In this document: piece by piece, positions 8,637-16,021 of the stretch
Numbering within the stretch: position 1 is the first letter of the stretch
How the letters are laid out: each line of letters begins with the position of its first letter
The notes under the pieces: model-generated
Told to the model about the DNA's origin: nothing
What the model saw: the letters and a program-made list of their open reading frames with translations, nothing else
The model's database searches: none
NCBI GenBank assembly: GCA_964415955.1
Contig: CAYQCZ010000002.1
Coordinates: 1 to 29,276 of the forward strand
Direction: 5' to 3'
Length of the DNA stretch: 29,276 nt
Origin: an uncultured Verrucomicrobiota bacterium
GTDB taxonomy: Bacteria > Verrucomicrobiota > Verrucomicrobiia > Limisphaerales > CAYQCZ01
Made by a program: the position numbers and the translations under genes

Positions 8637-10076
8637 TCACTCCGCCGCCAGTTCCGCCAGCATCTCGAGCAGTTGCCTCACGATGATGGTCGAGGCGTCC
8701 TTCTGCACGCGGTTGGTGCCCAGCCAGGTTTCGTAGCCACCCAGTGCATGCTGTTCGGGCGTGGGCAGGTAGCCGTTGTAGCCGTTGGCAATGCTGATCA
8801 CCATGGTCTGCGGCAGAGGACTGCGCTTCTTCAGCTCCAGACCAATTTCACAAAACGTCTCGAAGGGAATGGCGCAGACCGCCAGGTCGCCCACGCGCAT
8901 CGCCTGCAACGGCACCTTGATGCTGCGCGCGCCTTCCGCCACCGAGAGCGTGCGGCGCGCATAGACATCCGCCAGCCGTGGCAGCTTCGCTTTTTCCGCC
9001 GGGTCTTTGACGGCCAGGACCTTGTTGGCGGCGGCCACCTGCTCCGGCGTGACCTCCCGTGTTTTCAGTGTGATTTCACGCTGGCGCATGCCCAGCTTCA
9101 CCTCCGGCTGGTGCTTCTCAATCTTCCGCCACGCAAACCACGCCGTGTCCGCCGCCTTCTGCGCCACAATCCGGATTTGTTCGTAAGGTTCGCGCGGCGG
9201 ACGCGTGACAGTGAACGGGATGTTGTTGATGTCGCCCGAGGTGCCATTGGACATGATGGCCACAAAACCGTCATCACCCCGCACTCGCGATGGCAGGAGA
9301 CGGCAGAATTCACCGTAATAATCTGCGGAGATCTTTCCCTTCGGCGGACCGCCCACGTAGTGCAGCGAGTAATTGGCCAGCAGCGCCAGCGGCTTGCGCG
9401 ACTTCGCATCCTGCACGGAAAGCACGGTGATGTCGGGGTCGGTCGGACCAGCCGCGCGTTCCAGAATCACCGGGTTGGTGCCCGGGTTCATCTTCACCTT
9501 GTCGAGTTCGCCAAATGGATTCAGCGGCATGGCGTCCGGCTTGAGAAACCAGCGGCGGTTGAACACTTCGTCCGGCAATGGATGTGCCGCAGCGCCCACC
9601 GCGGCAGGTCGCAACGCGGCGTGCGCCTTCACGATCGCCTCCGCAATGCCTGCCACCAGCAGCCTGCGATACGCGGCTTCCGGACCGGACGACGCCCTCG
9701 AGTTCGACGGTGCCGCCGAATGCGTGTGTGTTCCGGAGATCATGATGCGGTCCGGCGCAATGCCGCATTGTTTCGTGGCAATGGCGCGTGCGTCCTCCGC
9801 CGTCTCGGCTGCGATGCCAAGATTGTCCACCACCACCATCGCAATGGTCGTGGTGCCGTTGTCCAGCACCAGCGCGCGGGCGTGAAGCGGATCGTGCGCG
9901 CCATCGGCCGGGTTCTCGCTGAAGCCGCCGGGCATGTTGATCGGATACTCGCGCGGTGTGACATCCACCGCGGCGGCGCCGGCACGCAGCGGAGCGGCGT
10001 GAACCGCAGACGCGGAAAGCAGCACAACGGTGGCGAGGCAGATTCGAAGGGTGGTTTTCAGGTGATGCATGGTCAT
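8637..10076 (-). CDS. exported neutral/alkaline ceramidase-like hydrolase (substrate unknown)
   Basis: Signal peptide from M at 10076; GTHTHSA, NGTSGDIN and NGYNGYLPT...GGYET motifs. Confidence 0.8.
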   Translation of the reverse strand: MTMHHLKTTLRICLATVVLLSASAVHAAPLRAGAAAVDVTPREYPINMPGGFSENPADGAHDPLHARALVLDNGTTTIAMVVVDNLGIAAETAEDARAIATKQCGIAPDRIMISGTHTHSAAPSNSRASSGPEAAYRRLLVAGIAEAIVKAHAALRPAAVGAAAHPLPDEVFNRRWFLKPDAMPLNPFGELDKVKMNPGTNPVILERAAGPTDPDITVLSVQDAKSRKPLALLANYSLHYVGGPPKGKISADYYGEFCRLLPSRVRGDDGFVAIMSNGTSGDINNIPFTVTRPPREPYEQIRIVAQKAADTAWFAWRKIEKHQPEVKLGMRQREITLKTREVTPEQVAAANKVLAVKDPAEKAKLPRLADVYARRTLSVAEGARSIKVPLQAMRVGDLAVCAIPFETFCEIGLELKKRSPLPQTMVISIANGYNGYLPTPEQHALGGYETWLGTNRVQKDASTIIVRQLLEMLAELAAE

Positions 10077-10086
10077 GGAGGGTTGT

Positions 10087-10848
10087 TCATTCTTTTGACG
10101 TCGTTGCCGGCGCGCCGGCCTCACGCAGCAGTTTTGCGGCTTCATCCCTGCCGATCTCGCGCACAAAGATGTTCCGCCAGCGGATTTCACCGCCGTGGGT
10201 TTGCAGCATGATCGGGCCCTTTGCCGGCAGCGGTTTCGTGCGGTCCCAGTAATTCTCCATGACCGCATTCTCCACCACTGGCTTCCCGTTCAGCCACACC
10301 CAGGTGCGGTCGCCGACCTGCCGGATGCGGAAGCTGTTCCATTCGCCGAACGGCTTGTCCGCGTTGAACGCCGGATCACGCCCCGGCGCACCCGGCGTGT
10401 TGTTGAACAGGCCGCCCGAGCCGAGATGCGGCTTGCGGTCCGGCCGTTTTGGATCGAACGCCTGGGTATTGTCCCAGATCTGCACCTGCGGCGTGCCGCG
10501 CAGGTAGATGCCGCTGTCGGCCTTGGGCACCGTTTTGTATTCGATGAGCAGTTCGATGTCGCCAAACTCCGCGTCCGTGGTGGCGTAGGGGCCGTGGCCG
10601 TCGTTGACCAGTTCGCCGTTTTCGGCCTTCCAATACGTGGCGAATTCCCCGCGCATTTTCTCCAGGGCGGCCTCGCGCTTCTCGCCCTGCAGTTTCACCA
10701 CTGAATGCGGGTTCAAGCCATGCCAGCCATCAAGGTTGCTGCCGTTGAACAACGCCCGGAAACCTTCGGGCGGTTTGGGCTCATCCGCAGACAGTGAAAC
10801 AGTGAGAACGCATAGAAGGCCGAGCGTGCACAGAGGGATACGGGTCAT
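10087..10848 (-). CDS. exported DUF1080 (3-keto-disaccharide hydrolase family) protein
   Basis: Signal peptide from M at 10848; LFNGSNLDGW, DSGIYLRG, GEWNSFRI and IMLQTHGGEIRWRNI. Confidence 0.9.
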   Translation of the reverse strand: MTRIPLCTLGLLCVLTVSLSADEPKPPEGFRALFNGSNLDGWHGLNPHSVVKLQGEKREAALEKMRGEFATYWKAENGELVNDGHGPYATTDAEFGDIELLIEYKTVPKADSGIYLRGTPQVQIWDNTQAFDPKRPDRKPHLGSGGLFNNTPGAPGRDPAFNADKPFGEWNSFRIRQVGDRTWVWLNGKPVVENAVMENYWDRTKPLPAKGPIMLQTHGGEIRWRNIFVREIGRDEAAKLLREAGAPATTSKE

Positions 10849-11043
10849 GCGTGCAGATTGCAAAGGAGAGGCATCGCGGGCAAGGCCCAACTCCGTGGAA
10901 CAAAACAGGGAACTTGTCTTGTTCCCTTGAATCTCCTACCCGCGACCAGTTATGAGTGAGGGAAGTCCAACGACTCATATATCCAACAAGAGCGAAGGTT
11001 GGGTTCGGCATCAATTGGATCAAACCCAGCCAAAACAACTGAC

Positions 11044-11241
11044 ATGAACACGGCTGCACGAATCATGACAGCTTTGCTGCTGCTCGGCGTAACAGCGTTT
11101 TGCGTGTTCGGATTCATGGCGACATTCGAACCGCTGGATGCTTCCATACAACTCACGTGGCGCATCGTTTATGGAATGGTGGGCATAACGTGTCTGGGCC
11201 TCACAGTAGCATTGTTGCGTCCCGGCAGAAAAGCCAAGTGA
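11044..11241 (+). CDS. 65-aa two-TM membrane protein
   Basis: Two hydrophobic helices with a basic tail (RPGRKAK); ATG at 11044. Confidence 0.65.
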   Translation: MNTAARIMTALLLLGVTAFCVFGFMATFEPLDASIQLTWRIVYGMVGITCLGLTVALLRPGRKAK

Positions 11242-11292
11242 GTGCCGAGGCGCGTGGTTGACCGTGCCATTGGCTTGCTTCAAGGTTCCATC

Positions 11293-12651
11293 ATGAAGCC
11301 CCTCATTGCCCAGGCATCCACGCCTGTATCCCGTCGTCAATTCACCAAGGCTGCACTCGCCACCAGCGCTTTGCTCGCCGCCCCGGCCATCGTCCGCGGC
11401 CAGAACCTGAACAACAAACTCAACGTCGCCATCATCGGTGCTGGTGGACGTGGCGGCGCGAGCATCAAGGGTTGTGAGAAGGAGAACATCACCATCCTTT
11501 GTGACGTGAACGAGGTGAACCTCCAGGCGGCTGCCGCCAAGCTGCCCGGGGCAAGGACCTTCGTGGATTTCCGCAAGGTGTTCGATCACGCGAAGGACTT
11601 TGACGCCGTCTGTGTGAGCACCTGCGAGCACACGCACGCGCTGGCCACCATGATGGCCATCAAGGCGGGCAAGCACGTGTATTGCGAGAAACCGATCACG
11701 CACAATGTCTGGGAGGCACGGCTCATCCGTGAGGCTGCCGCCAAAGCGGGTGTGGTCACCCAGATGGGCACCCAGATGCACGCCACGGACAATATGCGCA
11801 GCGTGGTGGAGTTGATCCAGTCCGGCGCCATCGGCCCGGTGCACGAGTCGCACACGTGGGTGTCCCGCGCGTGGGGATTGCAGAGCAAGGAGGCCGCCGA
11901 AGCCAACAAGGACCGCGTGTATGTGACGGAACGCCCGACGGACACCATGGATCTGCCCAAGGGATTGAACTGGGATCTGTGGCTGGGGCCAGCACCCGTG
12001 CGGCCCTTTCACGAGGTCTATTTCCCCGGGCCCAAATGGTATCGCTGGTGGGACTTCGGCAACGGCACCATGAGCGACCTGGGTTCGCACTGGAACGACT
12101 TCGCCTTCTGGGCGCTCGAACTCAAGGCACCGCTGACCATCGAGGCCTTGCACCCGCAGCCCGCGCATCCGGAGATAGCTCCAGCGTCTCTGACAGTTGT
12201 GTATGAATACGGCAAGCGCGGCAGCCTGCCGCCTGTGAAGCACACCTGGTATCAGGGAGAGGACAAGCCCCGCATCTGGAAGGAGGGCGGCATACCGCAG
12301 TGGCAGAACGGCGTGTTGTTCGTTGGTTCCAAGGGCATGCTCATCGCGGATTACTCGCGTCATCTATTGCTGCCTGAGAAAGATTTCCAGGGGTTTCCCA
12401 AACCGCCGCAGAAGTTCGACCGTCCCGAGAGCCATCACGCGGAATGGATCGCCGGTTGCAAGGGCGGGCCGAAGCCGTTGTCCAATTTCGACTACGCCGG
12501 GCTGCTCACCGAGGCCAATCATCTGGGCAACGTCGCTTACCGCACCGGACGCAAGCTGCACTGGAACTTCGCCGCCATGCGCGACTGGCATGTGCCCGAG
12601 GCGGACAAGTTCATCACACGCGAGTATCGCGAGGGCTGGCGGCTGGTGTGA
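11293..12651 (+). CDS. Tat-exported Gfo/Idh/MocA family oxidoreductase
   Basis: Twin-arginine SRRQFTK; AIIGAGGRG; HVYCEKP; DLGSHW. Confidence 0.92.
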   Translation: MKPLIAQASTPVSRRQFTKAALATSALLAAPAIVRGQNLNNKLNVAIIGAGGRGGASIKGCEKENITILCDVNEVNLQAAAAKLPGARTFVDFRKVFDHAKDFDAVCVSTCEHTHALATMMAIKAGKHVYCEKPITHNVWEARLIREAAAKAGVVTQMGTQMHATDNMRSVVELIQSGAIGPVHESHTWVSRAWGLQSKEAAEANKDRVYVTERPTDTMDLPKGLNWDLWLGPAPVRPFHEVYFPGPKWYRWWDFGNGTMSDLGSHWNDFAFWALELKAPLTIEALHPQPAHPEIAPASLTVVYEYGKRGSLPPVKHTWYQGEDKPRIWKEGGIPQWQNGVLFVGSKGMLIADYSRHLLLPEKDFQGFPKPPQKFDRPESHHAEWIAGCKGGPKPLSNFDYAGLLTEANHLGNVAYRTGRKLHWNFAAMRDWHVPEADKFITREYREGWRLV

Positions 12652-12690
12652 GAGAACAGGTTCTTGACAAGATCACGAACGTCACAAGCA

Positions 12691-12771
12691 GCTCCAACAA
12701 CAGAGGACGTGAAGGAGGAAGGCGTGCCATGCAGGGGACCAATGCCTTCCACAGACCGGCTCTGCCTTGTC
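12691..12771 (+). repeat. imperfect direct repeat, copy A
   Basis: 12691-12729 matches 13545-13584 at 33 of 40 columns (shared GAAGGAGGAAG, GCTCCAAC, GTGCCA); CAATGCCTTCC vs CAATGCCTCCC also matches. Confidence 0.7.
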
Positions 12772-12850
12772 TGCGTGGGTGGATGGTGGGCGACGTGAAA
12801 GCCTGGCGTCTTCGCAGCGAAGGAGTGGGCGAGCAGTCTTCGGGCGTCAA

Positions 12851-13084
12851 TCAGGCGTGGGTCAATTCACGGACATGGTTCACGTCCCGTTTGCCAACGG
12901 GGCGCACGTTGCACGCGTCCACCGTGATGATGGCGATGGTTTTGCCTGCCAGCGTATTGAACTCCACTTCGTAGGCCTCGCCGCCATTGTGGGCATGCAC
13001 CACTGTGCCGACATCGCCCGCCTCAAGCCCTTCGGCGGGCACATTGGTGGTCAACACCACGCAGTCATGCTCTTTGATTTTCAT
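12851..13084 (-). CDS. DUF4926 family protein (putative antitoxin)
   Basis: HDCVVLTTNVPAEGLEAGDVGTVV...YEVEF pattern; 77 aa. Confidence 0.85.
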   Translation of the reverse strand: MKIKEHDCVVLTTNVPAEGLEAGDVGTVVHAHNGGEAYEVEFNTLAGKTIAIITVDACNVRPVGKRDVNHVRELTHA

Positions 13085-13422
13085 AACGCCTCCGAAGGAT
13101 ACGCACTGATCAAGCGCGGCGCAACCGTGCCTTTGTCCATCTGCCAGACCGTTCGCACATGCGGACGCCGGCCGGATGGAGTGTTCAATTCCCCTTCCAC
13201 AATGTAACGCGGGCCGAATCCTGTTTCACACACGTGCGCCACGTCATGCACCCAGCCGTGTTCACGCAGGCGCTCCGCGAACACTTCCCAGTGGTCGATC
13301 TGAAAACCGAATTGTGAGAAGAATCGCGCCTTGCCTGCACCGTAACGATGCGCGGGATTGAGCAGGTAATCCACAATCTTCCCGCGTTCCACAATCAACT
13401 GGTCTGGTTGCGGCAATTTCAT
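13081..13422 (-). CDS. DUF6883 family protein (putative toxin)
   Basis: KIVDYLLNPAH...GKARFF..FGF and RTVW...PRLISAYP pattern; ATGA overlap with DUF4926. Confidence 0.85.
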   Translation of the reverse strand: MKLPQPDQLIVERGKIVDYLLNPAHRYGAGKARFFSQFGFQIDHWEVFAERLREHGWVHDVAHVCETGFGPRYIVEGELNTPSGRRPHVRTVWQMDKGTVAPRLISAYPSEAL

Positions 13423-13544
13423 TTTACTGCCCCCTGGTCTGCCAGAATGCAGGCTTTGATCATGCCCGGAAGCCTACCCGGCAGCACGATGATGTCATTC
13501 CGAATATGTCCGCGTCTTTGAAGCAAGCGCAACAGCCACCGGGG

Positions 13545-13635
13545 GCTCCAACCACGGACGGCCGGGAAGGAGGAAGCTGTGCCAGTTCCTTACGGAAAAG
13601 TGCAATGCCTCCCGGCAACCCGCCCTTGCCTGGCC
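13545..13635 (+). repeat. imperfect direct repeat, copy B
   Basis: See copy A; same orientation, 854 bp offset. Confidence 0.7.
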
Positions 13636-13732
13636 CCGGCTCCTATGAAGCGTTGCTTTATTCGCAGCGCAGGCGGATAGTGTTGCCGTCTCAATCCATG
13701 CCGCCCATGACAGTGCCCAACCCCGTCCAGCC

Positions 13733-14656
13733 ATGAACACGAATCCCATCAACCGCCGCGAATTCCTGTCCCACGCCGCCTCCACCACCGCCGTGTTGTC
13801 CGTCACAGGCGCAGCCATGACGCATGCAGCACCCGCAGCAACAACGTTCCGCATCCAGGCCGACCAGGTGCGCAGCCTTGCCGCTGGTCCGCAGGGACAG
13901 CTGGTCGTGGCGGCGGATGACCGGCTGGTGTTTCACCGTGCGGATGGCACGCTGGAACGATCCCTTCCCACCGGCCTGCCGGTGCGTGCGGTGGCGTTCG
14001 ATGGCAAGGGTGGTCTCTTCCTGAGTTTCAAGGATCAGGTGGCGCGCGTGGTGGATGGCAGCACGATTGAACGGCTCGGCAGTTCGCTGGGCCGCCAGAG
14101 TGCGCTGACCGGGCTGGCGGTGTCTGACGCCGGGGACATCTTTGCCGCCGACAGTGGTGAACGTGTGATCTGGAGGCTGGATGCGAAGGGCGCGGTGAAG
14201 GGGCGCATCACTCCCGAGGGCAGGGAATTCACGGTGCCGCGGGCGTTCTTCCCCATCGCATGGCATGACGGACGATTGCTGGTGGCGGACCCCGGCAGGC
14301 ATCAGGTGCAGGCGTATTCGGCGGAGGGCCGGTTGCTCGGTCAATGGGGCCATCGCTCGCGTGAGGAGGATGGATTTTCCGGCTGTTGCAATCCCGTGGC
14401 GCTGACGGTGCTGGCAGATGGCGCGTTCATCACCGCCGAGCGCGGGCAGACGCGCGTGAAGCAGTTTGACGCGCAGGGACGGCTTGCGCGCGTGCTGGCC
14501 GGACCGGAGCAATTTCTCGAGAGCACCCAGTCGGGCAAAGGCGGGGCCGATGACCTGCCCGGTTGTGACGGCGGCCTGCTGGACGTGGCCGGACTTCCCG
14601 GCGGCAAGGTTGCCGTGCTCGACCGCACCACACGCAAGGTGCGTATTCTTGGCTGA
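13733..14656 (+). CDS. Tat-exported NHL-repeat beta-propeller with GCCNP motif
   Basis: NRREFLS twin-arginine signal; NHL-like blades (GDIFAADSG, LLVADPGRHQV); FSGCCNP. Confidence 0.8.
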   Translation: MNTNPINRREFLSHAASTTAVLSVTGAAMTHAAPAATTFRIQADQVRSLAAGPQGQLVVAADDRLVFHRADGTLERSLPTGLPVRAVAFDGKGGLFLSFKDQVARVVDGSTIERLGSSLGRQSALTGLAVSDAGDIFAADSGERVIWRLDAKGAVKGRITPEGREFTVPRAFFPIAWHDGRLLVADPGRHQVQAYSAEGRLLGQWGHRSREEDGFSGCCNPVALTVLADGAFITAERGQTRVKQFDAQGRLARVLAGPEQFLESTQSGKGGADDLPGCDGGLLDVAGLPGGKVAVLDRTTRKVRILG

Positions 14657-14676
14657 GGATCCTGGCTATTCGCGTC

Positions 14677-16014
14677 ATGAAGCCTTCACTCAAAGTCACC
14701 TGTGCAGCGCTCTGTCTGGTGCTTGGCTGCCCGTTGCTCACAGGCGCGGAAGCTCCTTCTCTCGAAAAGCCCACGCACAAGGAAATCGAGCCGATCAAGA
14801 TTGCCATCGGGAATGACGGGCACCTCAAGACCATCGCCATGGACAGCAAGGGCAACCTGCTGGTGGGCGTCTCGTGGCTGCCAGAAGGTGCCGCGCCATC
14901 GCCCAAGCATGAACCGCCCGGCAAGCCGGAGTCCGCTGCGCCCGGCGAGGCCAGGGGGCGTGACAAGGTGTTGAAACTCGTGCGTGATGCCGTGGCTGCG
15001 GCCACACCTGAAGCGTGGGATAAAGTGGCCGATCAGGTGACACCCCAGGAGTTTCGCGACGCGATGTCCTCCGCCGGCCCCGCCGAGCGACGTCCCATCA
15101 TGGAGGCGATGCCGCCCGAGGTGCGGCAGAAGTTGATGGCAGGGTTTCGTGGCCCCGGCGGGTCGCCCGGCAAGGGCCGCCCCCAAGGTCCCGGCGGACA
15201 GATGTCCGATGCGCGCGGCGGGATTCTACCCCAGTTGTCCATCGATGGCACAGGCCATATCTACGCGCTCAAGGTGGTGAGCCCCGATGGAAAAGTCCTC
15301 GCCACATGGCCCATGACCGACGGCCTTCAACCCAAGATGATTTTCGGGCATCCGGATGGCACAGTGTATGTCGCGGGCGGCGGTCGGCTGGCGCAATTTG
15401 ACGACAAGGGCAAACGCCTCCGTATGGTGGACACCGATGCCATCTACGGCCAGAAGGCCGCTGCCAGCGGACTATGCGCCGATGAGAAGCACGTCTTCAT
15501 CGCCTTCGGCATGGGCAACAGCCTGCGTGCCACCGAGGACATCTACCGTTTCAAACGCGACCTCACCGAACCCGCGAAGATTGTCGAACGCCAGTATGGC
15601 TGCTGCAGTCACATCGATCTCCGTTCGGCAGGCGGCGAGCTGCTCATTGCTGAAAACTCACGTCACCGCGTGAACCGCTTTGATCCGGATGGCAAACAGC
15701 TTGGCACGTGGGGCCGGCGCGACCGCGAGGACATTGCCGGCTTCACCGCGTGCTGCAACCCGTGCAATTTCGACTTCGGCCCCGGTGGTGTGCTTTATAC
15801 CGCCGAGTCCGGCGTGGGCCGCGTCAAGAAATACGCTGCGGACGGCACCTTCCTCGGGCTGGTCGGCCACGTGGACACCACCAAGTTCGACAACGGCAGC
15901 CAGCTCGCGGCGATTTCCTGCTACATCCCCATCGAGGTGAACCACGATGCCAGCCGCATCTACGTGATGGACGTTCGCGCCCACATCATCCGCGTGCTGG
16001 CAAAACAGGACTGA
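14677..16014 (+). CDS. exported NHL-like beta-propeller with GCCSH and ACCNPC motifs
   Basis: Signal peptide; LLIAENSRHRV and LYTAESGVGRV blades; QYGCCSHID and FTACCNPCNF. Confidence 0.8.
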   Translation: MKPSLKVTCAALCLVLGCPLLTGAEAPSLEKPTHKEIEPIKIAIGNDGHLKTIAMDSKGNLLVGVSWLPEGAAPSPKHEPPGKPESAAPGEARGRDKVLKLVRDAVAAATPEAWDKVADQVTPQEFRDAMSSAGPAERRPIMEAMPPEVRQKLMAGFRGPGGSPGKGRPQGPGGQMSDARGGILPQLSIDGTGHIYALKVVSPDGKVLATWPMTDGLQPKMIFGHPDGTVYVAGGGRLAQFDDKGKRLRMVDTDAIYGQKAAASGLCADEKHVFIAFGMGNSLRATEDIYRFKRDLTEPAKIVERQYGCCSHIDLRSAGGELLIAENSRHRVNRFDPDGKQLGTWGRRDREDIAGFTACCNPCNFDFGPGGVLYTAESGVGRVKKYAADGTFLGLVGHVDTTKFDNGSQLAAISCYIPIEVNHDASRIYVMDVRAHIIRVLAKQD

Positions 16015-16021
16015 GCGTCGC

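Noticed and set aside
8637-10268. ORF-track starts at 10268, 10890, 10999, 11242, 19726, 21872 and 28642
   Set aside because: Downstream ATGs give signal peptides or family-typical N-termini and avoid overlaps, so shorter starts were used (28642 is kept as an open possibility in the findings).
10965-11004. attC-like site (GTCCAAC or ATCCAAC ... GTTGGGT)
   Set aside because: The span is at most 40 bp, shorter than known attC sites; no L boxes and no integrase in the window.
12665-12732. TTGACA and a GGAGG-ATG that could start a plus-strand ORF
   Set aside because: No -10 at the correct spacing; the ORF is antisense to DUF4926 with no protein-like features, and the GGAGG is part of the direct repeat.
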